Assembly (NCBI RefSeq): GCF_964355755.1
Contig: NC_092680.1
Location: forward strand, 21,523,045-21,587,044
DNA from: Antedon mediterranea
Lineage: Eukaryota; Animalia; Echinodermata
DNA length: 64,000 nt
Reading direction: 5' to 3'
The notes beneath the pieces were generated by a model. The model was not told where the DNA came from and made no database searches. It saw only the letters and a list, made by a program, of their open reading frames with translations. The position numbers and the translations under genes were made by a program. Below, one piece after another: positions 26,569 to 41,961 of the stretch (position 1 is the first letter of the stretch; every line of letters starts with the position of its first letter).

Positions 26569-28184
26569 AACGACAGTGAGTTTAATGTCAGATATTGTGG
26601 AGGATCTGATCATAGTGTCTGAGACAATGATTTATTGCATGTTCTACACCCATTGACTTTACAGAGATGGCTAAGACATTCCCACTCAAAACTTAAAATA
26701 GCAGATATCTGGTGGGAATAATTTAAACAGTACAAAACATATGTTATTAAATCATAAATCTATGTACAATTTCTTAATGGAATATTTTCCCGCTTAAAGT
26801 GTCAATATAAGAACAATAAAATAACTAACATTCTTTTTTGTTTACGACAGGAAGAAAATTAGGTTGTCTGTAAAAGTAAATTGACTAAATTTAGAAAATT
26901 TAAAAAAGCCTACTGGCAGTGCAATATGTAGATTGTACTTGAGTAATACAGAATTAAAAAAACATTTTGAAAAAAATATTAAATTAATTTGAATAAATCT
27001 CTGTTTAATATGACCAAAAGGAGAATTAAAAAGTCCCAAATATTAATTACTTCTAATCTTCAGATGACCTAATGGTGACCTGATGGCATCAATTTCTTAT
27101 ACTTTAAAGTTTGTTAAATTTGTTTTCTGTCATGTCTAATTACCAAATTGTTTAGGAAGAGAGAAACAATTTGTTAAATATCACACTGTTTGCAAATTTG
27201 CTTCAAGGGACTTTTTAAATTTAATTTTAATTTTAATTAATTAATAACACACGGTATATTGACCTATAAACAGTAATAAACTTAAATTAATAAATTAGAT
27301 TATAAGTAATCATTTTGACACCATCGGCAATTTTCAAAGGAGACGAGTAAAGTTTACAAGAAATTAAAGAGTTAATTTAAACTGAACTTTAAAAAATTCT
27401 ACATTGACCTCAATTACTTTTAAAGTTTGATGGGAAAAAACCTGATTGAAAAAAAAAAAACATTGGCATATTGAAATGTTGAAAACCATAACTTGTTTTA
27501 AATAAAAAATGTATACTCAAAACCTTATAATTCTTAGTCCTTTTTACTGTAACTTGCTTTTAAAAATGTACAATCTAAACCTTATCATTCTTCCTCATTT
27601 CTAATGCTTTTATGTTTTTTATCATTGTATATTTCATTATGTATTTATGATTCAAAGAAAAAGAAAATAAATATTAATGAAAATGTGAAACAGTTTGATA
27701 CAAGGTTAGTATTGTTGTATTTGTTAATTAAGCAAAAATCACTACCAACATTAGAGGGCACTACAACTCTTAACGAGCTCATCAACGACAACAATATTAA
27801 CACTTAATCCAGTGGATTTACTGTGAATCACAGTTTCCATTTTAATTAATTTTTATTACCTAATTAATATGATGACAAATTACTGAAAGGCAACTCATAA
27901 ATCATCATAAACAGAAGTAATTAAAAAATACTGAAAGTAATTAATTCTCATAAAAAAAATAAATCTTATTAAAGGCGATCAATAAATATCTTTTACAATT
28001 TTTTATGTAAGATTTTTATATTTATATTTCAATAATTGTAAATAAGTGCCCTAATTAAACTTATTGGTTGCCATGGCAATTATATTTTTTTATTATATAT
28101 ATATATATTTTATTTTTGATGTTCGATGGAAATAAGAATACCGATATATCTAGAAAATACTTCAATGTATTCTGGTTTCCGTAT

Positions 28185-28420
28185 TACAGACTTAAGTCTA
28201 CCATGTGTTTTTTAGTGATTTCATACATCCAAAAACAAGTAACTTTCCTATTGCTGGATGAATCAACTTTATCATGCTTTACTGTACTCTTTATTTAGCT
28301 ACATATGAGGCGTCAGGATTGGATAGTACACAGTCATCAGTTACAAAGTTGACACTAGGCCAGGATTGAACCATAGACCTTGGTAAGGCAAGGAAAACAC
28401 AACAAACAACCAAGCTACAT
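28185..28420 (-). mobile_element. tRNA-derived SINE relic
   Basis: Minus strand GTAGCTTGGTTG (A-box-like) and GGTTCAATCC (B-box-like) at about 28418-28363; extent of the body is approximate. Confidence 0.4.
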
Positions 28421-28559
28421 CTATACTAAAATAATTAACTATCATTGTCAAAATATTTTGGAATAAATTTATTTATACCACTGACGTATGAAAGTATAAA
28501 ACATACTTCTCTGAGAAATACAATACACTATGTTATCATCATTGACCATCTTAAGAGTG

Positions 28560-28632
28560 TGGAGTTGTGGCTTGGTGGTTATGATGCTTGGGGTCCATGG
28601 TCCTGGGTTCAAGTCCTGTCATATGTCAGGAA
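28560..28632 (+). mobile_element. tRNA-derived SINE head relic
   Basis: A-box TGGCTTGGTGG (28568-28578) and B-box GGTTCAAGTCC (28606-28616); no intact cloverleaf. Confidence 0.5.
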
Positions 28633-31269
28633 TTTTTCTAATGATAAATTACAACTCCTTTGATGTACTAAAGTATAAAACATATAATACTAGAAATACA
28701 ATACACTATCATCATTGGTCAAATTGTGGTTGATTCTGCAATATAAGTCATCCATACACAGACCATCTTGACCAGATTATTAGCAAGATGTTTCTGCATT
28801 ATTAATGTACATTTTGGCATCATATCAGAGAAAACTTAAATCATATCATTTAAAGAGGTACATGATATAAATCACATATTTATTTGTTGTTTAGCTTCCG
28901 ATACGAATTATTTATTGTTATAATAAAAATTGATCATTTAAAAAACATGGTGGTATTATACATTTTTTGAAACAAAAGAAAACATTTTTTTTAGAAAATG
29001 TATAAGTTTAAACTTGAAAAATCAGTAATTATTCCTTTAGGAAAAAACAAGGAAGTTTAATGAATTCATAAAAGATAAAAAACAAACGTTCAGAAACTTA
29101 AGACATTACAGAAAGTTGTACAGGACTAACTATTACTATTAGCAACTAAAGAGAAACACTTCATTTTACATAGAAAAAGATATTGGTTTCACTTTTCATT
29201 GCAGTTATTTCAACTATCAATTTCAGTACTTTATAATAATAGTGCAGTTAACCAATAGAAAATATAAAAAAATATAAAATTTGTTTATTTAACTTTCTAA
29301 AAAGTGTGGATCTTTGTGGATGCTACATATTGGTTTTCAAAATGTATTGTAAAGTAACAATATGGACCATTAAGAATTAATAACCTATTAATTTCAGTTA
29401 TATTCATACATTTTTTTCTTTTGGATGATCCAAAGGGAATAAAACCGTTATATTTTAAATTAATATTACTCTATTTGGCTTTGTTAAAATCTTGCGACTG
29501 AGCACGTAAACAAGACTACTTGCACGTCAAGGTCACAAGATTTGACCTGCGGGTTTAAGCATCAGCTTTGAAGATTCAAGCATACACTCTTAATTTCAAT
29601 TTGATAAACTTGTGCACTTTAAATGGAATAGTTATGTAAAATTTCAACTGCACTTAATTTCAAATTCTATTTGTAAGGATAAATTAATGAATTAAAATGT
29701 ATAATTTTCATTAAGATTGTTTACAATTTATTTTTGTAATGTAAGATTTCAAATGCACTCAATTTCAAATTCTGTTTGTAAAGAAATTAATAAATTAAAA
29801 AATAATATTTGAAAAGATTACTTACAATTTATTCACAGAGTTTGAATTTAAAATTATAAATAGAAAACTAATGTAATGAATGAAAAAATTTTATATTTTT
29901 GATTACAGGTATCGTTTCGCAAAAGCGGAAAAGGCAAAATTAGAAAATTCCTAAATAATATAAATATACCACACTTGAAATTGAATTAATTTGCAGGCTT
30001 ATTTAACACTCTACATTCACTAATTTCAGTTATCTTTTTACTCTAACTGTAAACATTAAATAATTTGTATGAGTTAAAAAATCAAAATAATATTGAATTA
30101 TTGATATTATTGATGTTTGGAAAAATTCCAAAAAAATTATTATGGCCATAATGATCTGGTTGCCAATTACATTAGTCAATATATTCTACCCATTTACGTT
30201 GTCTGGCAAGTTGCCAAACGAGACAGCGATAGAACTAATTTAAATGCTAATGAATACGGTAAAGCGCTCTGACAGGCATGTTTAAAACCTTGGCTTATTT
30301 TATTCTAATAGGCATTATCATGATTAAAATAGTTTCCATAGCAACAGTGGCTAAAGGATGATTCTACCAGCATAAGTTGCGATGACATTATGCAAATTAC
30401 GGATGACTCATTCCACAAATCGATTATATTTGATAGTAAAAAAACAAGATATTACTTTTACCCGGCTAATGCTTTGCAATGAAAATAAATTAATTTTCGT
30501 GATGATCCAAGCATGTGTTTGGGTGTGGTTATTATCCAAGGTATTATTCCATCTCATTCCAGGGTCAAAAACCTATAACAATTGCGAGAATTACAGCACG
30601 GCCGACGAGAGTAAATTAAAATTGATGAGAAACTATAACGTATTGACTATTATAATTGAACTTTTCAACTGATTATTGACGAGCTTGAAGCGTATGGGTT
30701 TATTATGCTGCCACCTATAGACTTGCACTCTTGTTTACGTGATCTTATTAGTTTATATAATATATTATTGAACACTGCTTTGTGTAATCAATGAACATTT
30801 AGCATTTACGCTGGTTCTCGCAAAGACAGTCGATTCATTAACGTGCACAGCATTTACCGTCAGGTGGTTTAACCGCGTACCATAATATTAAACGGAGAAA
30901 AGTGCTGGATATTGATGTAAGTATTTTGGATACAACAACGTCACGTCAGAGTGTTTGTGTGTTTCAACCATCGGTGAAGTGGGTATAGAAAATAGTACAA
31001 GCACTATCAAAATAAGTGGAGGCTCTGTATACCTTATAACCACATATGTAGTTATGAATATATTTAGTGGAGGTTTTATACTATTATAGGCCTATAGTAT
31101 TAAAATACTGTACATATTTAGTGGAAGTTTGATACCATTGAGGTTATAAGTCCATGATATCAAACAATATTTAGGAGAAGTTGTTTTAATACCAGGTTTA
31201 GAAAGCAGAATAAACAAGTATTTAAGATAGTACCAAGTGATTAAAGACTATATATATATTCTATGTTTA

Positions 31270-31445
31270 AGTTCTGTCTACACTTTCAAACTTTATGTGA
31301 CAACAAATGTGATTTGCCCATATATGGACATGATAATGTCATATCACTACCATATTTGGGGATATCACCATCATATTTGGGGATATCAGCACCATATTTG
31401 GGGATATCACTACCATATTTATCCCCAAATTTGAGCATATAACAC
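31270..31445. mobile_element. MITE family A, copy 5 (right end lost)
   Basis: TTA-AGTTCTGTCTACACTTTCAAACTTTATGTGACAACAAA, then about four copies of the 21-bp ATATCACYACCATATTTGGGG subrepeat. Confidence 0.75.
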
Positions 31446-32489
31446 TTTATACATTTAAATATATTTTATTTATATATTAACATTCTATTGTCAGTTGCTT
31501 TCTCACAGTATGTTAATGTTTTACTTTAGAAACAAATTCAATTCAAATTTTTAATGACTAAAGAACATCTCATAAACAAGTATATTTAACACAATTTAGA
31601 CACTATTTGTTAGTTATTATATTAGTTTTGATTTTACTGAAAAGAAGCTGTGTTTAGCTTTGCAGTTTAAGTGACATCATTTTCTATATACATTGTACAG
31701 AATGTTCAAGAAACTTCTGGTAATGAAAACACATATTTATTTAGACAAGAAAATAATTATGTAGATATAATCGCAACATGATGTTAATTCCCATCGTTCC
31801 TTAACGGAAATTACAATTTAAAATAAACATAAAATTTACACAGGGTAGAATAAATGAATAACACTTATTCACTTGTTAAAAAAAAGAATATTATAATAAT
31901 TAACAAATATTAAAGAATAAAGTCAGATTTTCAGGAATTTTTAGAAAAAAAATATTATCCCAAAAAAGATCACAAATTTTAGATGTATTTGGAGAACGAA
32001 ATTTAAAAAAAAATTCAAGAAAATGAGATATTTTGGATGAGTTCAAAGGTGAATTTTTCCAAATCTAATGTGCAAGGTTTATGATGAACTCATATGCAAG
32101 GTCCATATAATATTGTATGTATTTAAATTCCTATGTGTTTTAACATGGATTAATGTATAATATTTTATGTACTACCATTTCTATAACCAAGTAGGCTTAT
32201 GAACTATAAGATGAAGATGAATGTATTACTGTATATTTAGAAATAAAATTTGAGATTGAAATTTAACACAGACAACGCAAGCAATATATTTATTTAAAGA
32301 GAGGACTTGTTACATAATATGAGATGATATACATATTTTTATGAGCAGCAATATCAAGTGTGATAAAAGATATACTGTAAATCTTATATTAGCTTCTATG
32401 ACACAGGTTAACTCTTGCTAAAGCTCACTAGGTAAATTTGTTCATGTGAATCAAAAGCGTCAGCTTATACACATAGGGAATGTTGTTGA

Positions 32490-32562
32490 AAGGTGTAACA
32501 GTCCACAGCGCTCTGATCTTCATGAAATAGCGCTATATAAATGTCGCATTATATATATATAT
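32490..32562 (+). mobile_element. L2-type LINE/SINE 3' tail
   Basis: CAGCGCTCTGATCTTCATGAAATAGCGCTATATAAATGTCGCAT plus (TA)n; a close inverted match lies at 53540-53580. Confidence 0.5.
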
Positions 32563-35500
32563 TTGGACGATGGAAACATGAATATGTATGCGTATAAGCT
32601 GGTGCTTTCGATTCACGTGAACAAATTTGCCTAAAATAGGTTTAAAGTTGATCCAAATCAGATCCAAGTTATAGGCCTATACGTGGTAATTATGATAAGT
32701 TTCAGAGGTATAGGCTTACCGTACATCAGATTTCAGAATGTAACATCAGACAGCGCTTCTTATCTGGGATATATCAAATGTTCACCTGGTGTATTTTACA
32801 AGCTAAACCGCAGTGTAAATCTGATAGACCGCAATTTAACTCCGATAGAGTACACAGAGCTGCTGTGTAAACATGAGACTTGGACTATAATATCTTTTTT
32901 CAAGATGCCTTTAAACTTTAAATAAATAAAATATTTCTTTTGTAAACTTGAAAGTGGAATCAAGAAGAAAAAAAGAAATAAAACTTCATAACAACAACCA
33001 AAAAAAGATTTTTTTTGTAAAACACAATATTACAATCATGATGGCAAAGTGAAATGAATAATAGGATGTATATTTGCACGTAGTGTGTAAACTCTTGTAT
33101 TGTTATAATTTTCATACACACAATTTAAACAAAGTTAATAAAGAGTTTTATTATGAGAAAACTCACACATGATGAATATTTATGTTCAAACTTTATTATA
33201 ATTAAATGAATGCATAATGTATGAACAAGGCTTTATTGACAGCAGACAGATGGGTGATTCACATTTCACCTATTACTACTATTAAATTGATAAAAACAGA
33301 GAAGTAAGTAGGCTTATACTAACTTAATAGGAAAGCCATGATACAATGCTGTCATACTGGTCATGATATACTAATTAAATATGTACTAACATTATCTCCA
33401 ACAATATTAAATTGTGCACAAGGAATAAAATTATATAAACTTGTTCAAGTCGTTGTTGGAAAGGTCTTGCAATGTATAACAAGTGCTGAATAATCCCCTC
33501 TATCTAACTGTTATTACTGTATATTAACATGTTTCTCACAGTCCTGGTTAACAATAGGCCTACTATCTACAGAAACCACAGTAAAAGCAAGGGTATGAAT
33601 ACATAGAGAACATTTCAACTGAAACTGGGCATAATTAGGGGGAAATACCTAACTACAATGTCCTTAACAGATTTGTCTGATTTATGGGAGCCATTACCAA
33701 AGTTGCAAAATTAGTGAAGAAAGAAGACCATGCTGGCCTTTACTCTATCTGATCTCTAAAAAAGACACGAAAGGTGTGGAATAGCTAAGAGCAGTTTTGA
33801 ATAAGTAAGACCAGTTTTCTGTTCTGATAAACGCCTATATATTATAATACTGAACCTGGTGCCAGTTTTCAAGGAGTTTCATCATTCATGTTCATGTTAA
33901 ACAAACATCCCTTGAGGGCGCCCTTCTGTTAAGTTACACTCCTTTCTTCCATTAATTCTTCCTTTGCTGTTAGTTAGCAAAGTTAGCAACCACTCCATTA
34001 GGGCGCCCTTCTTCCATTATAAATCTAGATTAATCACAGCTATTAAAATGAAAGCTCAAGATGAAATGTATAACAATCTGATCTGAGCACAAGGAACACA
34101 TAAATCTAGAGTAGCAGTCAACAACAAACTGAAATATTAGAATACAAATGATGCAGGGATTCACGTAGAAGACACTGGAGAAAATGGGTCATTTTTATAA
34201 ACTTGTAATCAAATTTATATAAGAGAAAAACTACTGGGGAATGGGTTCTTTTTGCAAACTTGTAAATCAAACAAAATGGGATTGGATGGGGAGAATGTTG
34301 AGGAGGTACTGTAGGATACAAAACATTTCTCAATCTTTTTACCTCATCTATAAAAAATTATCAAAGATATTCAAACTACTAAAATTGGTAAATACAAAAT
34401 AAATCTTCCTGGTAACTTAGTGCAGAGTTTGTATTTGGGTGCTTTACTAGTCAGTTGACTATAATTTGTTTGATTTACTTCTACCGTAATGTTGGATAAA
34501 GTAAAAGGCAAAATAAATTGGGTTGAAGGTAAAAAAATAAAAGATTTTAATGCAATTAATTTGTTTATATTATAACAGGAAATGTAAAACAGTTGGAGAA
34601 ATCCGTTTAAAGGAAACTCCCTAGGAAGGACGGGAAATTCCATTACTGAAAACAAGATTACCAGACTGTATTTTCCTTGCTTTTAAATTGCTGTTTACAA
34701 ATTTGAGCAGCCTAGGCAAGGATGTGGAGTTTAACGGCTCCTAATTCAAATCGTTGTAAAGTTTAAATATAGGAAACAGCAATTAAGATAAAAATGAATG
34801 ACATAGGTCTCAATGTCTTTAAACATGAAAGAACATTTCAAGGATACATTGATATGACAACAGAATCCGAATAATATTCCACTTTTTTAAATCACTTTTA
34901 AGATAATTTCTTAATGTTTTTAACATTGTGTTGGTACATGAATATATTGTTAGAAATCAATAAAAGTGATGATATCACACAAGAGAAAAAGACTGTCATC
35001 TGTCTTAAAACTCATTGGCTAAACTTAAACTTATTTAAAACTCCCCATTAAAAAATTATCTATGTTTTTAATAATATTTGCAGTTGTAGTTTGATCAATT
35101 CAGATTTATATTTTTACAGTATATATTATTTAGCTTCCTAAATGTCTTGAATACAAATGAAAATTAATATTTTAACTTTTATATATATAAATCTCCTCTT
35201 GTAAGATTAAACGCATCTTTAATATCAAAAACTTTAACACATAAATATAAAACATTTTAAAGGCATTTATAATACTAATAGGTACAGCCCATTAACAAAT
35301 ATATCACATCATTAACAACTAATATCACTAATGTATGTAAATGTATACAAAACTAACCACCAAGAGAAAAGGTACAATTATGCTAAAAGTAGGAAAAGAA
35401 AAAGATGTTTGAATTTGTTATGAACCAATTGTGTAAGATGCTGGTGTTGTGGTGTTAAGTTAGAATATTAATCATCTTCAGTGAAATGAAACCTTATTCA

Positions 35501-38500
35501 GAGTATCACCATTGTTATGATAATTTGGTGGAATTATGATGAAATAGGCTGGCAGATGGTCGCGCTGTGCATTATGTGTCTTTACCGGTGTTTCTCATTC
35601 CAATGTTAGTAATAAATAATCACACTGGCATCAGGAAAAATAGGACCAGTTAAATAATTGTCAGGTTTAATGTTTTTCTACTCGAAATGGGAAACTTTTG
35701 CCAAACAGTCACGTAGGAGTAACAATAAAAATTGAACTTATTAACATAAGTTATAGACGTCACAGAAGTTTAATAATTTAGGTGTTTTTACTTGGTAGAT
35801 TAATAGATTCAGAAATAATTGATAGAGCTCAAACTGATAAACAGATGAAACCAACTGAGATTAAATTTATGTTATAAAAAATTCATACAAAAGGGTTTTT
35901 TTTTTTCACAAACTACCAGTTCAGCTTTAATAAATGTCTATGTTCTGTTAAAGTAATTTTGAAGTGGTGGTATACTTTGTTAAAACCATAAAAGGAAAAA
36001 ACATAAAAATTGTCTTCAACAAGATTATATTTTATTTTAGACTAGAAGATTTTTTTTCTACTTTACTACATCATTAAAATGGTATAGTAGTAAGTTTTTT
36101 TAAAAACAGACGATTAAAAAATAATCATCTTTTGAAAAATATCTATAAATTGTTTGAAGATTTTGAACGAGAAGAAAAATGTACTTTTTTTCTGACAGAT
36201 ATCCATTTAGTTCGTGTCCTTGAGTTAACGACGACTCATCAACTGATACGAGCATTACGGCGAGAATCTTGACTCCTCACAATGATCAAGGGTGCAAGCA
36301 TCATACATAATTCAGCACGCTGGACGTAAAGATCTAACCCCGGGTACGATTTTCTCTCATTCTAGATTGATTTTGTGAATTGCGACAATTAATGTTTGCC
36401 TAATAAAATTGTGTTCTGCAAGTCCTTCTGGCAATCTGGCCTTGTTACAGGACCAATATTGCAGTTGAATGAACTAAACAACATTTTTAATGTATCTATG
36501 AATGTGTACTTCAATAATTATACAAAACTTGAAGTGCAAAAAATATATATATAGAATACTCATTATTTACATTTGTCACTAATATTAAAAATTGTTAAAA
36601 TTCACACTTATCATCTAAGATTATATAAAATTAATGAATCTGTATTTGAAGATGTAATACGTTACTGATGATAGGAGTATTTAACATAACCTTTATTAAT
36701 GTGAAAGTGATAAATGTTTTAGTCTCAACGATTATAGACAACGTCTTATATAAGTCAAAGATGCTCTCCAGGTGGAATGCCATCCTGAGATGAGTAGTAA
36801 GTAATTAGTCTTTTTTTTTATTAATTTATACGTAATTTTACTTTCTATGGACCAGAGATTCCAAAATAAAAGATTGAAGTGAACATAATACAAAATGTGA
36901 TCATATAAAGCATATGACATCACTGAAAACATCTAAACTTTAAACTTATTATTATATAATATTATCAAATTTAAGTCTTTGTTCCAAAAATGATATTGAT
37001 CCAAACAAGTAATAATACAAAATAATATTTGTTAAAGTACTCAAAATCTTGTTCAAACTAATATTTCAACACATTTCACCTTCAACAAATACAAGTGAAT
37101 ATAAGAGGCAAATATGATGACCGATCACCATGGAAACGAATGCAGCTGCTCGTACTCTACCAATCCTGGAACAATTGTATTGGTCTAAATTAAACATTAT
37201 TTGATATAATCAAAAAGTTGAGGGTAACACGATCACACAAGCCCAATTTAATGATGGCCCTATTCTCAGCTCACTTAACAGATAAAAGCAGTCATGTGAA
37301 AAAATCAATTCTTTATAACAACAGAACGCGTTAGGGATTGCTCACTCTCACATTCATATCAAATATTAAAAAATCGAAGGTGGCTTTGGGGTACTCCTGT
37401 GCAAAGAGATTGAGAAGCGTAGCTACAGGCAATTAATTCATTTGATTTCATTTAAATACATATCTTATTACATACATCTATTGTTATTTTGAACTTTAAT
37501 TTAGAACTGGTTTCAGGAATTAAAGAATAGGGATTAACAAAAGACAGATTAGGATAAGCTCTTTAATATGAATAAAAAGATTTGAGTATTTGAGCATAAA
37601 TCACAAAAATCAACATTCAAGTACATTCTGTTTAAGCTTTTTTACTATCCTGATTAAAATAAAATTGGCTAATTAGTAAGTCATTGTCAATTAAAAAAAC
37701 AATTACTTGGTATTTTTGGAATAAAAGTCATTTGAAATTGTTAGTGAAAAAACTTCAACAAAAAATAACTTATTTTCCATACCATAAAAATAAGTTGTTA
37801 TGAAGATAGACATTGATTATTTTTGTTTTTGTTGATGTTTAGCAATACCTGGTTCAAATATGATGAATTGAATGTTGCCTATATACAAATAACTGAAGAT
37901 AAAGGCATCTATCAAACAAACAAGTTGAAGAAATAAAAGACTCTTTACAAATGATATCAAATAAATAAATTGCAATTAAAATTTCTTTTTAACAGTTACT
38001 ACCTACAAATCAAAAGTAAGCATTATGTATTCAAAATCTACATTTTATTTATCTACAGTATACAAGTTTACCAATTCAGATAAAATATAAACAGAGATGT
38101 AAATGCTGAAATAATGTCTAAATGGTATTAAGCATCTTCTTAACAAAAATCATGATATGCATGCTATAAAGATTTAGGAGCAAGATACATAAACTTCAAG
38201 ATGTTGGCCTTGTAAATGTTGAGCATACGACCAATAGAAAATGTTCATCAATTGACCAATCAGATGTTATCATTCTATCATATTCTAAGTTTCAACCCTG
38301 TGGTAGGTTCAAGTCTTTTCTGGGACAGAAAACAAATTGTATATGGAAGATGAGATGCTTGAAATCAAAATTCATAACTGTCAAAACAACATATGATACT
38401 GGATCTTCCTCAATCCAACTAATGTTTTGGTGCCATATATTATAATGGAAATGAATTTTACGTGACTTGTTTAATGATCAGTTTTAGATTTCTTAATTGT

Positions 38501-41500
38501 GTCTTTCTTTAAAATGACTTCTTCCACCTTGAGGAAAATAAATTAGGAACTATAATGTTAACACTTATTCTACAGTTACTGCAGTTACTGCATTTTTCTT
38601 TATTACTTATTATTTTTTTTATATAATCATGTATACATACTGTTTGTTGCAGCAGAGGCTATTCAATTGCATTGAAATATGTTACTGCAGTAAGTAAGTT
38701 GTTAAGTAAATACAGTACAGTGAAAATTATCATTAAATTATTGCAAAATATGTCTACATCAAATTTATTTTAACATAGGCCTATAAATAGTATTTTAACA
38801 TTGCCGTTTGCAATTGGATGTATTTTTCTTTGTTTTTTTATTGTCTTAATTATGCCAAGCAAAATTAATTTCCAATTTAAAGTGGACCAATAAAATATCT
38901 TGAATCTTTTTTTATTTTTTTAAAAATAAACATACAATAGTGACAAAGAGAAGATAAGAAAGTAATTCTACATGATACTACAACAGAAATGAAGACTTTG
39001 ATAATACACGGTTGTAATTAATGTGCCTGCTAATCTGATAAAGAAATTAATCAAGAGAAACAGTCTTGTTTCAATACCGCGTAATCTCTAACGAACTACT
39101 ATCGTGATTTTGAACGGCAGACTTCACGAGGTGCACTCTATGGCGTTAATACCATTGCTTCATTACCATAGTAACTGCACACTTTGCCATAACTGTGAAT
39201 TAATATTGGATCTTTGATCATAATTAACTTTTAACCAAGCACACGATAATTTTAATTGTTATGCAAATTGGTCTTGGTTAATTATTAATTCCAATTGTGT
39301 GCATGGTTAATTGCGTTAAGTAATGGTATTGATAGAATTATAAATCAGCTGACTTCGTAATAATGTACAATATATTTTAAACCATTCTGTTTTAATGGTC
39401 TGGAAAAATATTGATTACAGTTCTAAACGAGTTGTTTACAAGGCAAGAATTCTTTTTATTACTAATATTTGGAAGTAAAACTGGATCATTTTTCTTAGAA
39501 ACATTGAATTAGGCACAATATATGATTACCATCATTATTATTAGTAGTAGCCATCATGCATCAACATGATTGGTGCATTCAAAAGGAAGAAAGAAAAAAC
39601 AACTATAATAGTAAAAGCATCCAAATTCTAAGTCAATGTGTATATGGTTAAACATTTATCAGTTTTAGTGTGAGATCAGTCTTCGGTTAAAAGAGTTTTT
39701 ACATTGTTTGTCTAAGTTCTCAATAATAGTAATCACAAGCTGAAAAACCGAATCATTAAATTTTTATGTACAGCAAATTAAGAGGAGCAAAATCTCAATT
39801 TTTTTTTAATGCTTTTCATATTGCTGATTGATTGGAATTGTGTGTCTTTTTATTGCAATATTTTTTTTCCTTTTTTCTGCTGTATTTTTTCTTTTCACTG
39901 CTGTATTTTGTGTGGATTTTTGCATAATTACTACAATATAAGGATAATTAATTTTTAAATTGAAATCTAGTTTTTTACTTTAGTATTTCTTTCAACCAAA
40001 AGTGAATACAAATTGCCAATTTACAGTTCAATTAACAAAATTAGGAAAAGTAACAGAAAATTGTAAATTTAAAAAAAAAAAGACTATTAAACTATGATTT
40101 CAACATTTCAAAGCAAATTGTATAAACTGGAATAACAACTACATACATCTTTGTTCGATTTTTTTAATTTTCAGTTTTTATGAGCAATATCAATTTATCA
40201 AAATACTCATGACAGTTTAATCAATAATTCAAAAAATCTCCAAATAAGGCATGGAAATGAAGATCAAATGAATATGTTAATATAAAATTATTGATTATTA
40301 AAATATAGAAAACATGAGTGAAATTTTTAAAATAAGTATTGACTAAAGTTAGTTTGCTTAAATTGTCTTCATAATCAGTAACGGTAGTTGATGCATAATG
40401 ATATTATGTTTGTACTAATTACAATACAATTTAATTCAAACACCGTGCAATTCTGTCACGTATTGAGCATGCTCGCTGAGGCGCGAACACAGACGCTTTT
40501 AAAATCAAGCAAGAAATCCAAAAAGCTGGCAAGAGCGTGAGAACGTACGAGATAATGTATATACAGCTGACGAGTGTGTTTAGAAGCACGCCATATAATT
40601 TATGCAATACTGCTTACACCATATTTAAACATTGCTCTCTCATTGGTTGTTATCTCTCCAGGGTAGTGTGATGGTAGCTAAATACAAGAATATTTTAATA
40701 TTTAATTTTTTAAAGGTAATACCATAAATTAGTATGTATATGTACTTATATGGAAATATTTCAACAACAAAAGAGTAATAAAAGTAAAAAATAAAATGTG
40801 GAATATTATTTAAATAAAATTGTTTTATACAATATTGCAGGAAACTTACCCCCCCCCCCCTCCCCTTATGCAAAAAGTACATTGGATATTTTCGCTGTGT
40901 ACAAGTAGGCCTAAGTTATAAAATTGAATTGTTTTAGGTGCTCATACATTCACATTTGATAGCGTTGTTCAATTCTTATTTTTGCACAAGAATTGAATGT
41001 AATATGTTATAGTTTTGATCATTTTTCAACATTATGTATAGTCTTTTTTATTTGCTTTTATAAATTTTAACCTTTGTACTGTATATTTTGTCGTAAATTT
41101 TAAGCTGGGACTTTTAAGCTAGCTTCATTGCCTCTTGAGAAGCCCTGATGTTTTTTTTTCTATCAAAAACAAATAAATTAATTTAAAAATTACATTTTTA
41201 ATAACACCTTTTTTAACAAAATTATAAATTGTTTTAATTATCTACTTCCAAATCCAATTTCATATCTACAGTATTTGTATTATATTTTAGAAAGGTACAT
41301 TTCAAATTTGTTCAAGCAAATTAAATTTGTCTTATAATATTTAAATAATGCTTTAATGTCAAAATGTTGCACCTTTATAAACAATGCCTTTTTAAAAATA
41401 TAATTGAATATGCAACTAATTTCAAAAAATGATTTTTATAGGTTTTTAAAATTGTGTCAGTTATTCTATGTTTTTGTTAAATGGTACATTAACAAACGAA

Positions 41501-41859
41501 GTGCAAATTTTAACTAATTGTATGATATAAACTATCAAACAATGTTTTACCATGCTATATAATTTATGCGATGCTGCTACGAGTGTTAGTTAAATGTCAT
41601 ATTGAACGTTATTGATCATCCAGGGCAGGGCGTAATCCATCCAGGGTTGTTATAAAACAAACTAGCGTTAAATATTTTTCTAATGATTCACTAACAATTT
41701 TGAAAACAACTGTAATTGGTTTTCAAAGTACCGGTAATAAAAACGCAATTTGTTATATAAGAACTTTTTGAACAAAAGATAGCATTATTATTTATGTAAA
41801 TTTTTACAAAGCGAGGGAGTAATCTAAATTGCACAAATAATATAAAAAATTTTTATTTA

Positions 41860-41961
41860 TTTTTTTTTATTTCAACAATATTTTACGAGGGTGGTCCATC
41901 CAGCAGAAGTTGATCATTAGGGACTCTCACAAAAAAACAAAAATGACGAGGCATAAACATG
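41860..41961 (-). mobile_element. LINE 3' tail shared with 46010-46115
   Basis: TTTCAACA.TATTTTACGAGGGTGGTCCATCCAGC...TGATCATT...CTCACAAAA...ATGACGAGGCATAAACATG at both loci, next to a T-rich tail. Confidence 0.6.

Noticed and set aside
28560-28632. tRNA gene
   Set aside because: A and B boxes are present, but there is no intact acceptor or anticodon stem; treated as a SINE head.
32720-32870. Minus-strand exon candidate ending at a GTAAGC donor
   Set aside because: All three frames contain stops for the acceptors tried.
33600-34720. Possible decayed L1/Tx1-like ORF2 fragment on the minus strand
   Set aside because: Composition is suggestive, but no diagnostic motif could be read; needs a translated search.
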